From Bugula neritina (Eukaryota > Animalia > Bryozoa): DNA of 64,000 nt. This document shows positions 26,701 through 40,000 of the stretch, in pieces; position 1 is the stretch's first letter, and each line of letters opens with the position of its first letter. The translations under genes were made by a program, and so were the position numbers. Where the stretch lies: NCBI GenBank assembly GCA_964035545.1, contig OZ037770.1:9802973-9866972 (forward strand). Direction: 5' to 3'. Under the pieces are notes generated by a model. The model was given only the letters and a program-made list of their open reading frames with translations, did not search any database and was not told where the DNA came from.

Positions 26701-27526
26701 CATGTAACAAGCAAATGGTAGATGCCTGCACGTAGTTATTATTTACTAAGACATCTACTAGACATAAGGACTCACAAGATAGTTATTTTATGTTTCAAGC
26801 TTTTGTCTTTCTGAGATAATTGATACTGTTGCATCTTCAATGCAAACGATAGTTTTTCTTGTATTTATGTTTCTTGTATAACTGTCATTTATTCACATAT
26901 ACAATATTGTTGATGTTATTTCTTGTATTATGTTTCTTGTATTGCTGTCATTTATTTATATATGCTTTATAGTTAATATTATTTAATATAGGTTTCACAG
27001 TTGATTGCAAGAGCAAGGTTGACAAAAGTTTGTGAATGTTGCAATAAAAATAAAACTCAACCCATGAACTTTCTCAGGCTTAGTAGTGTGCTTGGGTAAA
27101 TGAGCAAAGACTCTACTTATGTTACCAGGAGCAGCAACTAGTCATAAGTTTTAAGGATGTGAAGTAAAATTTTATAATAATAATTATGATAATTGTGTCG
27201 TGCAATCAGGTCTCATTTTTTAACATCATTGATAGATGCATCAAATTTTCAAAAGCATGCAGTTGAAAAAAGTTAAACTGCCATTTTGTTTCAAATTGCC
27301 TATATCTGTTAAAAAAACTGCAATAATAAATCGGTAAAGAAAGCTTAATTTTTTGTTTTTTTTAGATCTATTCATAAAACCATCAGTTTTCTTTACAACA
27401 TAATTTCAATGAATCCATTTAGCCCTCCACCAACTCAGATTATTGAAATATAGCTTTATAGTTACCTGTTGCCACTACCCAGGAGTACCTGCTATCTACA
27501 GGATAGGCTGTATTCTTGGTCTTCAT
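17710..27526 (-). CDS. SLC16/MCT-like MFS transporter, tandem copy C, 10 exons; a split-codon TGA at the exon 4/5 junction suggests a recent pseudogene or null allele
   Basis: Exons 27466-27526, 26169-26312, 21922-22062, 21517-21757, 20904-21001, 20020-20102, 19528-19707, 18961-19153, 18055-18192 and 17710-17861. Every exon is open and collinear with copy B, but TG|A replaces TG|G (Trp). Confidence 0.8.
18713..18940 (+). mobile_element. Two degraded tandem copies of tRNA-like repeat family A in intron 8 of copy C
   Basis: gccactgtagtgtaatggtagtgcacctgcttgcgcaagc..gtttgaatcccagtgagga (18735-18806) and gccccttgtgatgtaatggtaacaggcctgcttgcaaacc..gagggca (18873-18930), both matching 51141-51213. 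Confidence 0.75.
22215..22430 (+). mobile_element. SINE family B copy (degraded)
   Basis: tagaaagagcactcgagtcataattactcctgtgcaacatatgaataag..ggttctcacacggatagtgaccataaacttgcatg. Confidence 0.7.
22769..22909. repeat. Two 65-bp G/C-run-rich direct repeats (period 76 bp), each containing the palindrome TTGGGGCCCCAA
   Basis: 22769-22833 and 22845-22909 differ at one base. Confidence 0.9.
23025..23960 (+). pseudogene. Gypsy integrase relic with stops and frameshifts
   Basis: Conceptual translation VVAMDLV..NTWILVLTDYF.RWADTLAI..RVFCY..IHFNQGVQF..LMSELC..HPQGNGVVERNNRML..STPHSSTQKTPSLLML..KFIGPY is an rve core plus GPY/F motif. Confidence 0.88.
24540..25310 (-). pseudogene. Gypsy gag relic, broken off at the presumed zinc knuckle
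   Basis: KSPTFGGDSAVEQFIQKF*IVATIAE*PAPVRLLQLWTCLTGRTKNYAL..LRIRFG..SLQHYANQIEKLVQIAY..DDPGCW*; lies directly downstream of the PBS. Confidence 0.75.
25387..25399 (-). promoter_or_regulatory. Primer-binding site complementary to a tRNA-Leu 3' end
   Basis: Minus strand TAGTGGCAGCGGT lies one base after the LTR end (..CTACA) and matches TGGTGGCAGCGGT (complement of ..ACCGCTGCCACCA) at 12 of 13 positions. Confidence 0.75.
25401..25794 (-). repeat. 5' LTR (394 bp) of the minus-strand Gypsy element
   Basis: Inverted termini TGTAGCGC...GCACTACA on the minus strand, internal TATATAT and AATAAA, and adjacent PBS and gag. Confidence 0.8.
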
Positions 27527-29246
27527 AATAATCTGCTAGTTTGCACCACTTTGTGGAATGATTGGTTATGCGTGTTCAACGTTATGCCGTATCTTGATTA
27601 TGCAACACTCCAAGTTTTGATGAAAGGTGTTAGACTTCAATTGTTACACAAATTCAACTAGAATGTTGAATTAGCTATCATCTTATTATAAGCACTGCAG
27701 TATCATCTTGCAACCCCTTTTCATACCTTAAAATTTCTATTGTATAACTTATTACACTATTTATCAGAAATAACTAATCAAAGAGTTTTGGAATCTTCTA
27801 CATTCCTTAACTACTTTTATGTAGGTATTAGCATCTGCATTACTAATTCTCAGCATGATATCATGGGCTTAATTGTATGGGTGAATAGTAATTCATTCTT
27901 CATTGCTTTGTCAGATGTCTGCCAGATCACGCGAAGCTCAACCATCACGAAATATAGGTGAATCAATCTTGCTTACAAGAAGACTATAATTAAACTATAA
28001 TAGATGTCCCTTGCTGAGAGATTATTCTTGGACAATGCATCATGTTGTACGCTGGTCATCATGCAAAGAGATGAAGCCAAATGAAGATGTGATACTATTG
28101 CAGCAATAGTTACAAAAATGACTGGTTTCTATGCTTACAAATATTTTAATACAAATTTAATTCTATTAAGTGTTATAAGATAATAAAATGAATGATTTTA
28201 TTATCACTAAATTTTGTGTAAATCTAGAGTTTTTGTTTTGTAGAAAAATATTAGTAATTTAAATAGTAAAAGCTTAAATATAAATAGAACATCAAGTTAA
28301 ACTTATATAGCAGTGAGTGAGTTTTATATAGCAGTTGTAAGTGAACAACTATCTTCCAGATAATTTCTTTTTTTATCACAAACTAATGGATGCAATCTTT
28401 GACAAAAAAGGAGATTCCTCCCACTAAAAGTCATGGTCTGTAGTTAATCAAGTAATAAATTAATATTAAACTTAGTACAACTATTTGAATCAATAGTCAA
28501 TTATACCATCTATAATATTCAATTGTTGCCGCATAGCTAACTTGAAATAATTATTGATATGAGGTAAATTCTCACTCATCAAAGTTTTGCCTAGCTCCTT
28601 TGTCAAATAACAATTAGCCACAGCATTTCTTTACCACCTATTTATCTAAAAGTTTCAAATGAAGTGCAGGTTTTTAAGTTTCCTCTTAAACATACTTCAA
28701 AGAATTTATAAAAATGTAAATACGCTTGTGTTCATATAATATAGTATTTGTAAAAATAAAAATAATAGCTACGCCATAAGTAGTTATGTATGATAGGATG
28801 AGTAGGTTAGATAATTATATATCAAGATAATGAGCTACTTCTATTAGATGATTAAAGACAGTATAACATTATTTCGTACATACATATAAATTAAAATCAC
28901 AGCAGCAATAATCATTATCTCTGTAAAAATACAAATACACATTTGGAGTTGTCTAACTGTGTATAAAAAAGTTTATTGGTTAGACAACTACTATAGACCT
29001 AGTAGTTTAGAAAGAGAAGAAAACTTCTGATATTTTCATTAAAGCTTAAAAACCTGACACTGTAGTAAATTATGGCAGACTTCTTGTTTTTTTTTAAAGA
29101 TTTATAAAATTATTAATAAAGATTGTAAGAGTAATACTTTTTGCTGTGCAGATACAAAACTGACTCTTTAACAAATGCATTGATAAACTAATTTGTTATG
29201 GTTAGCCCTTAAGAGTTGTCATATCAAACATACAATCAATTTATCA

Positions 29247-29693
29247 GATAGTCAGCTAGATACAGAGATGATGGAAAATAGGGAAAACTCTAATTAGAAG
29301 GGAGACAACTTTTTTTGACAGCCAGAGATTTGGTATGATGCATTGAACTATTAATTTTAGATAAAGCTACAATTCTCCAATTTATTTGAGGCTTAAAGAA
29401 AAAACCTATTTAAAAAACACCATAATTATTTTTACAATACAGTAATAGTGCCATATGTTCTAATACTGGAAACAAGCATAATTTTTTCTTGCTTTTTATG
29501 TGAAGAAGATAGTGTAATAGATGCAAAAAGTGTAGATTTTTCTTCTATGTTTGTAGCTATAGATGCAAAAACAGACTCTCTGATACAAGAGACAATAAAA
29601 GAAGTGTTTGCTGACTGCACTATGCTGACTATAGCTCATAGACTCAACACTGTAGTCAACTACGATAAGATTCTTGTTTTAAACAATGGAGAG
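29247..29693 (+). pseudogene. Orphan decayed ABCC (MRP5-like) NBD2 fragment
   Basis: 29247-29347 gives DSQLDTEMMENRENS.*../RQLFLTARDLV*CI, a degenerate ENG.NFSVGERQLLC.ARALL signature. 29557-29693 gives [46 protein letters not shown]|gtaatg (H-loop region). No upstream ABC exons lie between it and copy C. Confidence 0.82.
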
Positions 29694-29985
29694 GTAATGT
29701 TAAACTACATCATTAATATACAAGTTCCTACTAAATCATGTTTGTAGTTTCACAAACATCAATTATAAGTTTAATATAGTACAACTTCAAATAAAAGTAT
29801 TGTATTTTATTTTTAACAGAAAAGGTAAGTCATTGATGTAACTTAAACAAGGAACAGTAAATGTTATACAAGGCTTTGTTGTGTACAATTATATGTTTTG
29901 TAAAAATTAAATTTGTTTTGATATTTTAAAAACAATATCAGTCTTCTTAATGTCAATTATTGCTTGTATGTGAAAACATGAAATA

Positions 29986-30412
<427 letters not shown>

Positions 30413-31032
30413 ATCAGTAGTTATATACACAATTTTAGTTGTAGAACACACAATATCAGTTATTACACACACTATGCTATATAGTTTCCCAGTAACAATT
30501 CAATAAATTATTTGATGGTGGTACATTATACACAGTTTACATTTAGTCAGTTATGATTTTATACCATTAAATACACACTCCAACATGGGAATTAACCTTT
30601 ATATAGTTGTATGTCTTACACACTTCTAGACCTAAAATTGACGAAAAGTTTGAGAACAAAGCGTAAGTGTTGTTTCATTGATGTGACGTGTATATACAGT
30701 TGTTCTAAAATGATTGCAGCTTATAAAAAAGCATACTAGCAAGCTAGACAATATTCAACACTATTCCATCTAATAATTTCAATTACATGATGGGATCCTA
30801 AATTATGTGTGAATTGGAGCATAGAACGTGGATAATTACTTGCTATATGAATGTCAAAGTTACTGCTGAATAGGCATTGATAAGATATATTTTGTGGTGT
30901 GTGCATTTGGCTTGAATTACATATGAATCGGCTTAGAAATTGACTGGCTTGATTTATTATGTTTGTCGGCAAGAAATCTTCTTTCATAAGCCTTTTTGTA
31001 ACTCATTGCACACGTAGTTTAGACTTAGGAAG

Positions 31033-34000
31033 ATGAATGTTAAGTATACTAGGGTGAATTTGACTGAAGACACGACTTTATTGACTGAAAAATCTGACTG
31101 TCCTGGTAAAGCACCAAAGATACCAGAAAACTTTGTTAAAGGAAAAATAAAAGACTGGAAAGCTGAGTGTTTGTGGAAAGATTTTAGTTTATTAGCTGTA
31201 GTTCTGCTAATTCAAGGGGGAGCGGTATGCGCCGATTCATTTCTTTATCCTTTCTTCCCTGAAGAAGCTAGAAAAAGAGGCTTGACTCAAACTGAGACTG
31301 GAGTAGTGTTCTCAGCCTATGAACTGGCACGATTCATCACGTCTCCAATTGCCGGTAGTTTGGTAAGCTAAATACATCAAGCTTCTAGCAGAACCCCAAG
31401 TTTACAGACCTAGAGATTTCAGGAGATTTTTTGTACTAGTATTGCTACTCTTAGCTGCCAGTAAAAGCACAAGAGTGTACACAGTTTTAAGGTTGAATTT
31501 AGATAAATGGTAATAGAAACTGCACGCTGAATATTTCAGGGCGAGTTTTTAATAACAATTAATAGTGAACATGTATCGAGATAGCTAGTAAATACTTTAT
31601 CATTGTAAATTTTTATAACAAAGCTTTGCTTGATGTCTTGGTTTGGCAAGTTTATATGGCTAAAAGCTTGATTATGTAAAAAATAGATAAGACAGTTGTC
31701 CACAAATTTAACTTACTCCAAAAGCTACTTTCAATTTGATTATTGGAGAACGAATATGTTGTGTTTGTACACAATATGTAAATTGAGACATTATACTCAC
31801 ATAATAGCATTAAATGTTAGAAACCATTTTATCAAGAACACGCGTGCACAACTGACTTATATAAAGCCACCAAAACAATCTAAATGTCGAAAAAAAATGT
31901 TGTAAACGTTATCAAGTAATAGCTAATTATACGGTTTAGTAAAATACACTGCAAAACTAAAAGATTTTTCCACATTGCTTCTTTTGGTCAACAATACTGC
32001 CAAATTGTGAATTCCCAGTTCTTCAACACTATTTTAATACTAGCTTGTGGTTGTTTTTGCCACAAATTATTTGCTTAAACCTCTGTTTTAAAATAAGAAT
32101 TAGAAACAATATTAGTATTTACCAATCCTATTCCATTACTTAAGGAATCATAGCAAAAGAATTACCAATAAAGTGGCCTAATTTATTCATATAATGAATC
32201 ATGACGATTTTGAAATAATTAATAAAAAACAGCTAATTGTTTTAGGCAATCAGAAAAGTTGATTATTAGTCTCTTTATTAACCCAGCATAGTCATGTTTG
32301 ATGTAAGCATTTCACTCTAAATTTAGCCATGAGAAATCCTTTGCTATCAGATTCAAGATATCTACACAATAATGCTTGAGTTTTGTCAACTATAAAGACT
32401 AGTTTCCTAATTTTATGCTTTACTTGTGTATGAGGTAGGTGATGAAGACTACACCCAAAGTCATGTCAATTGTTGGAGGAGCGTTGTCTAGCTTATCTTG
32501 CATTTCTTTAGGGTAAGTAAACTAGTAAACTAGCTGAACGCTAGTTTATTTACTAATCCTAAAATTGTATAATATGCTGAGCTACGTGAATTAAATATAA
32601 CTATTAGTAACTACTTAAATTCAGTAAAACTGTGTTATACAGTCAAGCTTGCTTTTCAAAATTGTGAAGTTATTATTGTACATTTTTCTAACTGAAAACT
32701 TTTAACATCACTATAATATTTCTACCACATGCTTTTTGGCAAACGAAAAAACCGTAAAATATTTACAGCAGCAGGGTTCAGTATACAAAGTCAGCAGTTA
32801 GCCTAGGGCCACACGGTGCGTATTTTCGCATGCGAAAATTGAAATCACAAGTAGCAAAGGTGTCCACTGTGCGCGTTGAGAAAACCTTCGCACTTGTCGC
32901 TCTGCATTCTCATTGCAAGTGCGAATCGTCTCTGTCGTCGTCACCTAATTGGCTGGTAGTTATTCAGCGAGCCCAATTTCTTTATTTTAGTGCTACATTC
33001 CGGTAAATGAGGTGAATAGCGTTTTATTGAAAGCGAGTGCGATTTAAAAATGAAAGCTTTATTTATCACGCGTCACTGACGCTACAGTGGACACCTTTGC
33101 TACTTGTGATTTCAATTTTCGCATGCAAAAATACGCACAGTGTGGCCCTAGGCTTAGTGTATAGAGAGATATTTTACACAACTCTTTGCTGCCTCCATAA
33201 GAATATCAGCTAGAAATCAAGATTGGTTACCAGAAAACTACGCCACAGATACAAAATAAAGATTGTCGAAAAAAAATTGATTGAGAACTCCAACATATTA
33301 GGCATTGTATCGTGACTGCATTTGGTGTGGTTGCAACTATTGCTTTTAATGCTAAAACCATTGACTTTAGGGGTTACAAATATATTGGCATTCCGAGATG
33401 CATACTTTATAGATTGCAGTTTAAGCTATTAGTGTTATAAATCATTTTAAATCTCTTTGATAGCTGCATGACCAGTAAAGCAAATCATTTCATTTCTTGT
33501 ACAGTTTGTTTTTATGCTTTTTTTAAGATTGATTAGATGATTCCACTAGTTATGCTATGTTATTCTGCTTGGCTACTTCTTGCATGGCCAAAACTCTCCC
33601 AGTAAATCACTGTTTATATCTCTCAAAACAAGAATGCATATTTTTTTAGCATGGTTGTTCTTTCACTACACCATGCTCAATTATTGGTTGCAGCAACTTT
33701 AATTGATGTGTGGTTCTGGTTTATTTTGAATTGATATATCTATTTTAGTCTACTTTACTACACCGATGGTTCAACATTTTTCTCCCTGAATGTGATAGCC
33801 AGACTGATTGCAGGCACTGGGATGTCTATGCTCACAGTATCTGGTGTGACAATCTTGTTTAAAGCGACCTCATATCGAGCTGGGACGATTCTGGTTAGCT
33901 GAATTTTCTTTAGAACTAAGTAATTGTGACACAGTTATGGTTGCGCGAAAGCAACACTAATATAATAGTTGGTATACTAATTTTAAGATTAAAAGTGCTT

Positions 34001-37000
34001 ACAATATTTAGCAGCATTCTTTTTAATAGATAATAAGTATAGTTGAGGTTATAATCAAGAGTTTAGAATATTTAGTGTGTCATGCCAAATGTTTTGGAGT
34101 GCCAAATAGTCAAAAAATTTGCTTATTATTGCATCTCATGTGCTTATAATAAAGTATCTAGCTATAATTATTCTCTCTCATATGCTCACAAAACACTCTC
34201 ATTTTAGATGCAAATAAATTAATATTATTGAGCAAACCCATAATGTTATACCAATTCATCAGTTCTTCTAAATGTAGTCTGTGAGCATCCGTACAGATCC
34301 ATTAGATTCTATGGAAATGTAATGATGATCTTCCATGATGAGCTAATTATGATTAATTACTGCTATGTCATTGATGGTTGCTTTCAACTAATATTATATT
34401 TCTGCTACTAAACTTGTTTGTAGGGCAGTATTGAAAGCGTATCAGGAGGAGCCTATGCAGTAGGACCGGCTGTAGGCATAGCTTTGCTAAAGGCAAGTGC
34501 ATTATGCTTCATTTGAAACTTGGTTAACTGTAATGCTTTTGAAACTAATGAATTGTAACCTATATGATATGTCTTATGTCTATGCCAAAATTAAATTTTA
34601 ATTAGTTAAAGTGAATAATTATAGCAATATTTTCTCAACTGAGCAGGTTTATAATAGAGTCAGAATATTGCAAATGTTTTAATGGAAGAATTTAGTGAGA
34701 AGTTCTGTAGTACACAGTATAAAATTTTAGGTGGGCGGATATTCAGGATCCTGCTATCTGTTCGGAGCTTTTATTGGTGTGCTGATGGTGGTGGAAATTT
34801 TCATCCTACCAAATATAGGTACTCAACTAACAGCCTGTTTCTAAAAAATAATTTTAGTAGAGTTTAGCAATCTATATGGTCTCTCATGGCACATTTTAAG
34901 ACTATTTTTTGACAGATTGACTAATGATTTTTTGATACAATTTTAGAATGTTTTGAATAGTTATCAATCACTAAATTAGTGGTGCCGTAAGTTAATAAAT
35001 CTTTTCTTATTAAACTAGTGCTTTTATATTCGAAGTGAATTGGCAGTTTTTTTTACATGACAGCAATCCGGGATGATAAATGAGTTGTAAAGGAAATGGA
35101 GGTAAAGAACAATTAAATTCAACAATTTGACATATTTTTCCTCTCAACATCCTCTATTGCTAACACATTGTGTGACATTTATGTATACAGGAACTGGGAA
35201 CATCTGAGCTGTAAAAAAACAATAGCCTATCTGATAAGCTTATCCTGTGATAATAATATTTAATTATTGCAATTTAGCTAACAGATTGAAAATAAACAAT
35301 CATAATGATGTAATGCAAAAGCAACTGAATAATTATAAAAACATCTTTGGGCATGCAACTAAACCAGTTTTATTTATTACTATTATCTAGTTTGGTAAAA
35401 TTTTCAATGGATGCATTTAAATCAACAAAAAGCCAACACAATTGCGTGTGCATATAAACTAGTAAGCTATAAATTAGTTTGGTATTTAATTGGGCAATAC
35501 AGCAGACACCAAAATATGCACATCCTGTTTTTAGAATTTAGGTGGTATCAAACTGTAAAAAAAATGTAGCTTTCAGCCTAATAGTATTCATTCCAATGCC
35601 CATTTGAGTTTCATTGTACAGAAAGTAGCTAACTAAGCAGTTAGAATATTTATTAGAAGACACTCAGTCAGTTGGAAATAGTTATACTGCAAGTAGAATG
35701 TTTTAAATCTTATTTAATCCTATTTATATGGATATACTGCAACTGTATTTTTGCTAAATGTCCTATAAATTATCTCCTAAACAGAAATTAAATTTCCAAG
35801 TGGTTAAGTCAGTTATAGCTTAGAAATATCAAATACCCAGTACAGTCTTTGAAAGTAATATAAACTTTTTTTATAAGAAAAAGAGTTAAGTGTGCAAAAA
35901 CTTTTAAACTATTTAAAATTGGTGATTTTAATAGAATATAGTCTGTCAGCAATCCCTCGTGTGACGAGTATGATGTCTGCTTGCAAGCCCTGGTCTGTGC
36001 CGTGATCCGTAATCCGTTCCAGTTCAAAAATCCGTAAAATCCTACTAGAGGTTGTGAGTTCTGAGGTGACTCTCAAGCCCAATTCGAGATCGGCATAATT
36101 TGCCACAGTGAGGACAAATGTTACTAGAGTCAGTCACTGGTGGGTGTGTAACAGAGCATAACTCCCTGCTTTTCCTTAACAACCGTTTGTGCTCTCGTTT
36201 TTGGCGTTGTTGTTGTTCAAAAATCGCTGTCCCTTGATGCACAACAGTTCTTCAATTTTTTCTGTCCAAGGCCTGAACTTCCCAGGTCTGTGGTCGAATG
36301 AAACACTGCTTAAGGCTCTCGTGTAGAGTGTCTTTATACCTTTTCCTCTGACCACCCTGTGAGCGATTTCCAGTGTTCAGCTCAGAGTACATGATCTTTT
36401 TTGGTAGCCGGTTATCATCCATTCTTACCACATGGCCAGACCACTTCAGTTGTCTCTTCACAATCATGGTAGTAATACTTGTAGTTTGAGCTTTATCGAG
36501 GACACTGTTAGTAGTCTGCCTGTCTTGCCATTTGACTCCGAGGATTCGCCTGAGACTGCGGTTGTGAAATTTCTCGAGGGACAGCAGGTTGTGGCTGTAG
36601 GTTACCCAAGTTTCAGAGGCATAAAGTAGTGTCGGGAGAACAATGGCTTTGTATACTTTTAGTTTGGTCTGTCTGTATATATCCTTGTTGTTGAAAACGC
36701 GTGTTTGCAGCCTCCCAAATGCGGAGCTGGCGGCCTGGAGTCTTCGGTTTATTTCAGCATCAATGTTTGCTTTAGAGGATAGGCAGCTACCTAAATAGTT
36801 GAAGGTAGTGACTTGGTCTAATATTTGGTCTCCCACCTTGAGGGAAAAATCCTCATGTCTTTCAGTATTCGGGTGTGGTTGGTACATTACTTGCGTCTTT
36901 TTGGCATTGAGTGTTAGACCAAGAGAGGTGTATGCTGTATTGAATGCTGTGAGAGCAAGTTGAAGTTCCTCCTCGGAATGAGCCATGATATAATAAGCAA

Positions 37001-40000
37001 AGTATTAGTCAGCTTCAACGATTTATTATAGTCACTAATATAGAGCTAAACTAGTTAATAATGCAAAAGTGAAACTTGGACACCCCTGTTATTTCTCAGC
37101 ATAATATTTTTCATTATAACATTTAGCTAAAAAGCTAACACCCCCGTAAATTTCATCAGCAGAGGAAATAACTTTTTGTATCATGTAAAAACTACTGCTT
37201 ATGCAAATTAATATAAAGACTCAATGAAATTGTCATATATGCTATAAAAATATATAGTGCCTATGTTTGCTTGAACTTATATGTATTTTGTAGAAGAAGT
37301 ACTTAAGGAATCACCAAAAAGCTTTTTACAGCTCATGAAAAGCTTTGGCATGCTGGTGCATTTCTATCACTCTTTTGTTAACACCTTGTCAATGTCGATT
37401 CGATACACCATATTTCCAACATTCATGATACAGACGGTAAACTTAAAATATTGCAACATTTAGGCAAATAATAATAAATAGTTGCTGCATATTTTATCAC
37501 AATCAAACAAAGCAAATAATATGTATACTAACTGCATGCTAACTGTAAACTTTTATTAAATTAACTTCCATTTGTGTACTATTTTGCATTTTAAAAAATG
37601 CCCGTTCAGTTATATTTATACAGTAATAAATTATTCACATACATTTTGGCTGTCAGCTATAAATAACTTCAGAGTAGCATGTCTAAGCATTTTGGTTTTA
37701 TATTAAATCATGTCTGTGCATGTCTTGAATTAATGTCAACTTCTTTCACTGCTTCTTTTTTGCATGCCTGTTAGCACAGTTTCATTCCGCTTCTATGTAT
37801 TGCCACCATTTCCTATATTAACTTATGGCATATATTCCAATTACCTTGCTAATAAGCAAAACTCAAAACTGACATATTTATAATATGTTTAAATTTTTAA
37901 ATAATAGTTTTATTACAAACTTAGACTAAACAGTACTTTATTGTTGATAATAAAATAGTTTTATAGCATAATTAATGAACTGGGTTATAGCACTTACATT
38001 AATGTAACCAAACATTTTCAAAAATTCTCATTTTTAATTATCATGTACATATTATATTTGAATTTATTATAACAACTTTCTGTCGATTTCAAGCATTTAA
38101 TTGATTTTGCAATAAAAATTTTACATTTTGCATTTTGTGGCAAAATCTTTCTGTCAAACAGTATACAAAATAAGCAAGTTCCAAACTCTTAAAAAAATTT
38201 GAATGCAAAATGATTGTCATAACTACAGAAAGTTCTTTAAAATATTTCATCTCATGTTATTTATATTTAATTTCAAAAATAATTAAATTTAGAACTAAAT
38301 CAATTTGATTAATTTTTTCAGCGAGTGAGTAGATGTACATAATATATTTGTACTGAACTAAATACTAACATCGTGTAGGCTTTGCAGTGGGTTCAAATAT
38401 TTTTAATTGACTTTTTAATAAGCTGCTACTCGGTCATTTTTATTTTAACTTCAGTTTAGATGCATTATTTCTGTGACTAAAAACTTTTTAGACTAAATTC
38501 TGCACATTTTATATAATTTTAAAGTTTATTTTTTTCATTCTACAAAATTTACTAGCCTATATATAAAAGGAAGCATCACATTCACTGAGTCCACTTCCAC
38601 TATTATTTTATTTTTCAGTTTGGTGCCAGCTCAGCTGACGTGGGATTCATAATCATCATCTCTTCTGTAGCCTATATCATTACTTCCCCTGTTGCTGGTG
38701 TAATAGTAAACAAGGTAGACTATATAGACATTATTAGTTCATTTATATACATAGAGTGACAGGAGTTTAAATAATCAGTTAATTACTTATTTACAAACAA
38801 CACTGTTTTCAATAGTTATTCTGCCTGTTAGTGCAAAAAATATTGTTCAAATATACAATCTAGGTTAAGAGTGGGCCACAGGGGGCCACCTGTGGTTCTG
38901 TGCCTATTTTTCATTGCCCTTTTAATGCTCAAGATAAGCAAAAATATTATACGCATTTTGATTAGCACAGCATAGGTTTGGTGACAAATTACTTTATTAT
39001 AATATAATTTAATATGTGTACAATCATGTGGCCTTTCCTTCTTGTTGACTTATGAACCTGGCCCTCATGAAAGAGAAGTTGCCCACCCCTGATTTGGATA
39101 GTTCATTCATATACTATAATATATTACTAAGTTTTTATATACTAAATAGTTTGGTAAACTGGATTCATTGGTAAACTTCAGAATATGGTGAACTTTGTTA
39201 TCAAAATAGAAATATTATCAATAGGGAATGTTAACTGACAAACTTGCTCTAAAAAGTATGCACTTGCAGTTTTTTGAGAATTACCAAGATATTTTACAAA
39301 CTACGTCAGCAGGCTAAGCTGTATATCAAATCTGCCAACTGATTAAAGTCAGATTCTAACTTTTCAGGGTTATATATACACTGGAATGATAATCGCGTGG
39401 ATCCTGAGATTCCTCTCTGCTCTGTTCAATAGTCCTTCACCTCTTCTAGATTTTATATTTCATGGAAGGAAGTGAGTTGTTACTTGTCGCAGCATTTACC
39501 CATGCCTCCATGCAGTTAGCAGCATATTTTTTTATTTAAATGTATATTATATCTATACTTAGCTGCATATTTCCTTGTCCAGCAGTATATTTTATGATTC
39601 GATAGTCTGTACTTTATGAGTACATATAGCTTTTCCAGTTTTTTTTTTCACAGAGGAAAGACTACAAAGTTGTAAATGTAACTTTACATTTACAACTTTG
39701 CAGTCTTCTTGCAGTCTTGAGTGTTTGTGCAATTAAAAATTGCAACCTACATCAAATAGAACATGCAAGTTACTTAAATAAGTTTTGTCTTATTGCTAAA
39801 AGCTGCTATTATATTCTATTTAGATTAGTCTAAATTGTAAAACAAATCTGTTCATATAAGAATAAGTAGCAGCTTGTGCTATGCAAATAAAATTATTATT
39901 AAGAACCAATTGCATGTTATACCATTGCCATAATTGTGAATTTAATTATTTTATAAATATTAAACTATATTGTAACTATTTTAATTACTGTAAAATAATT

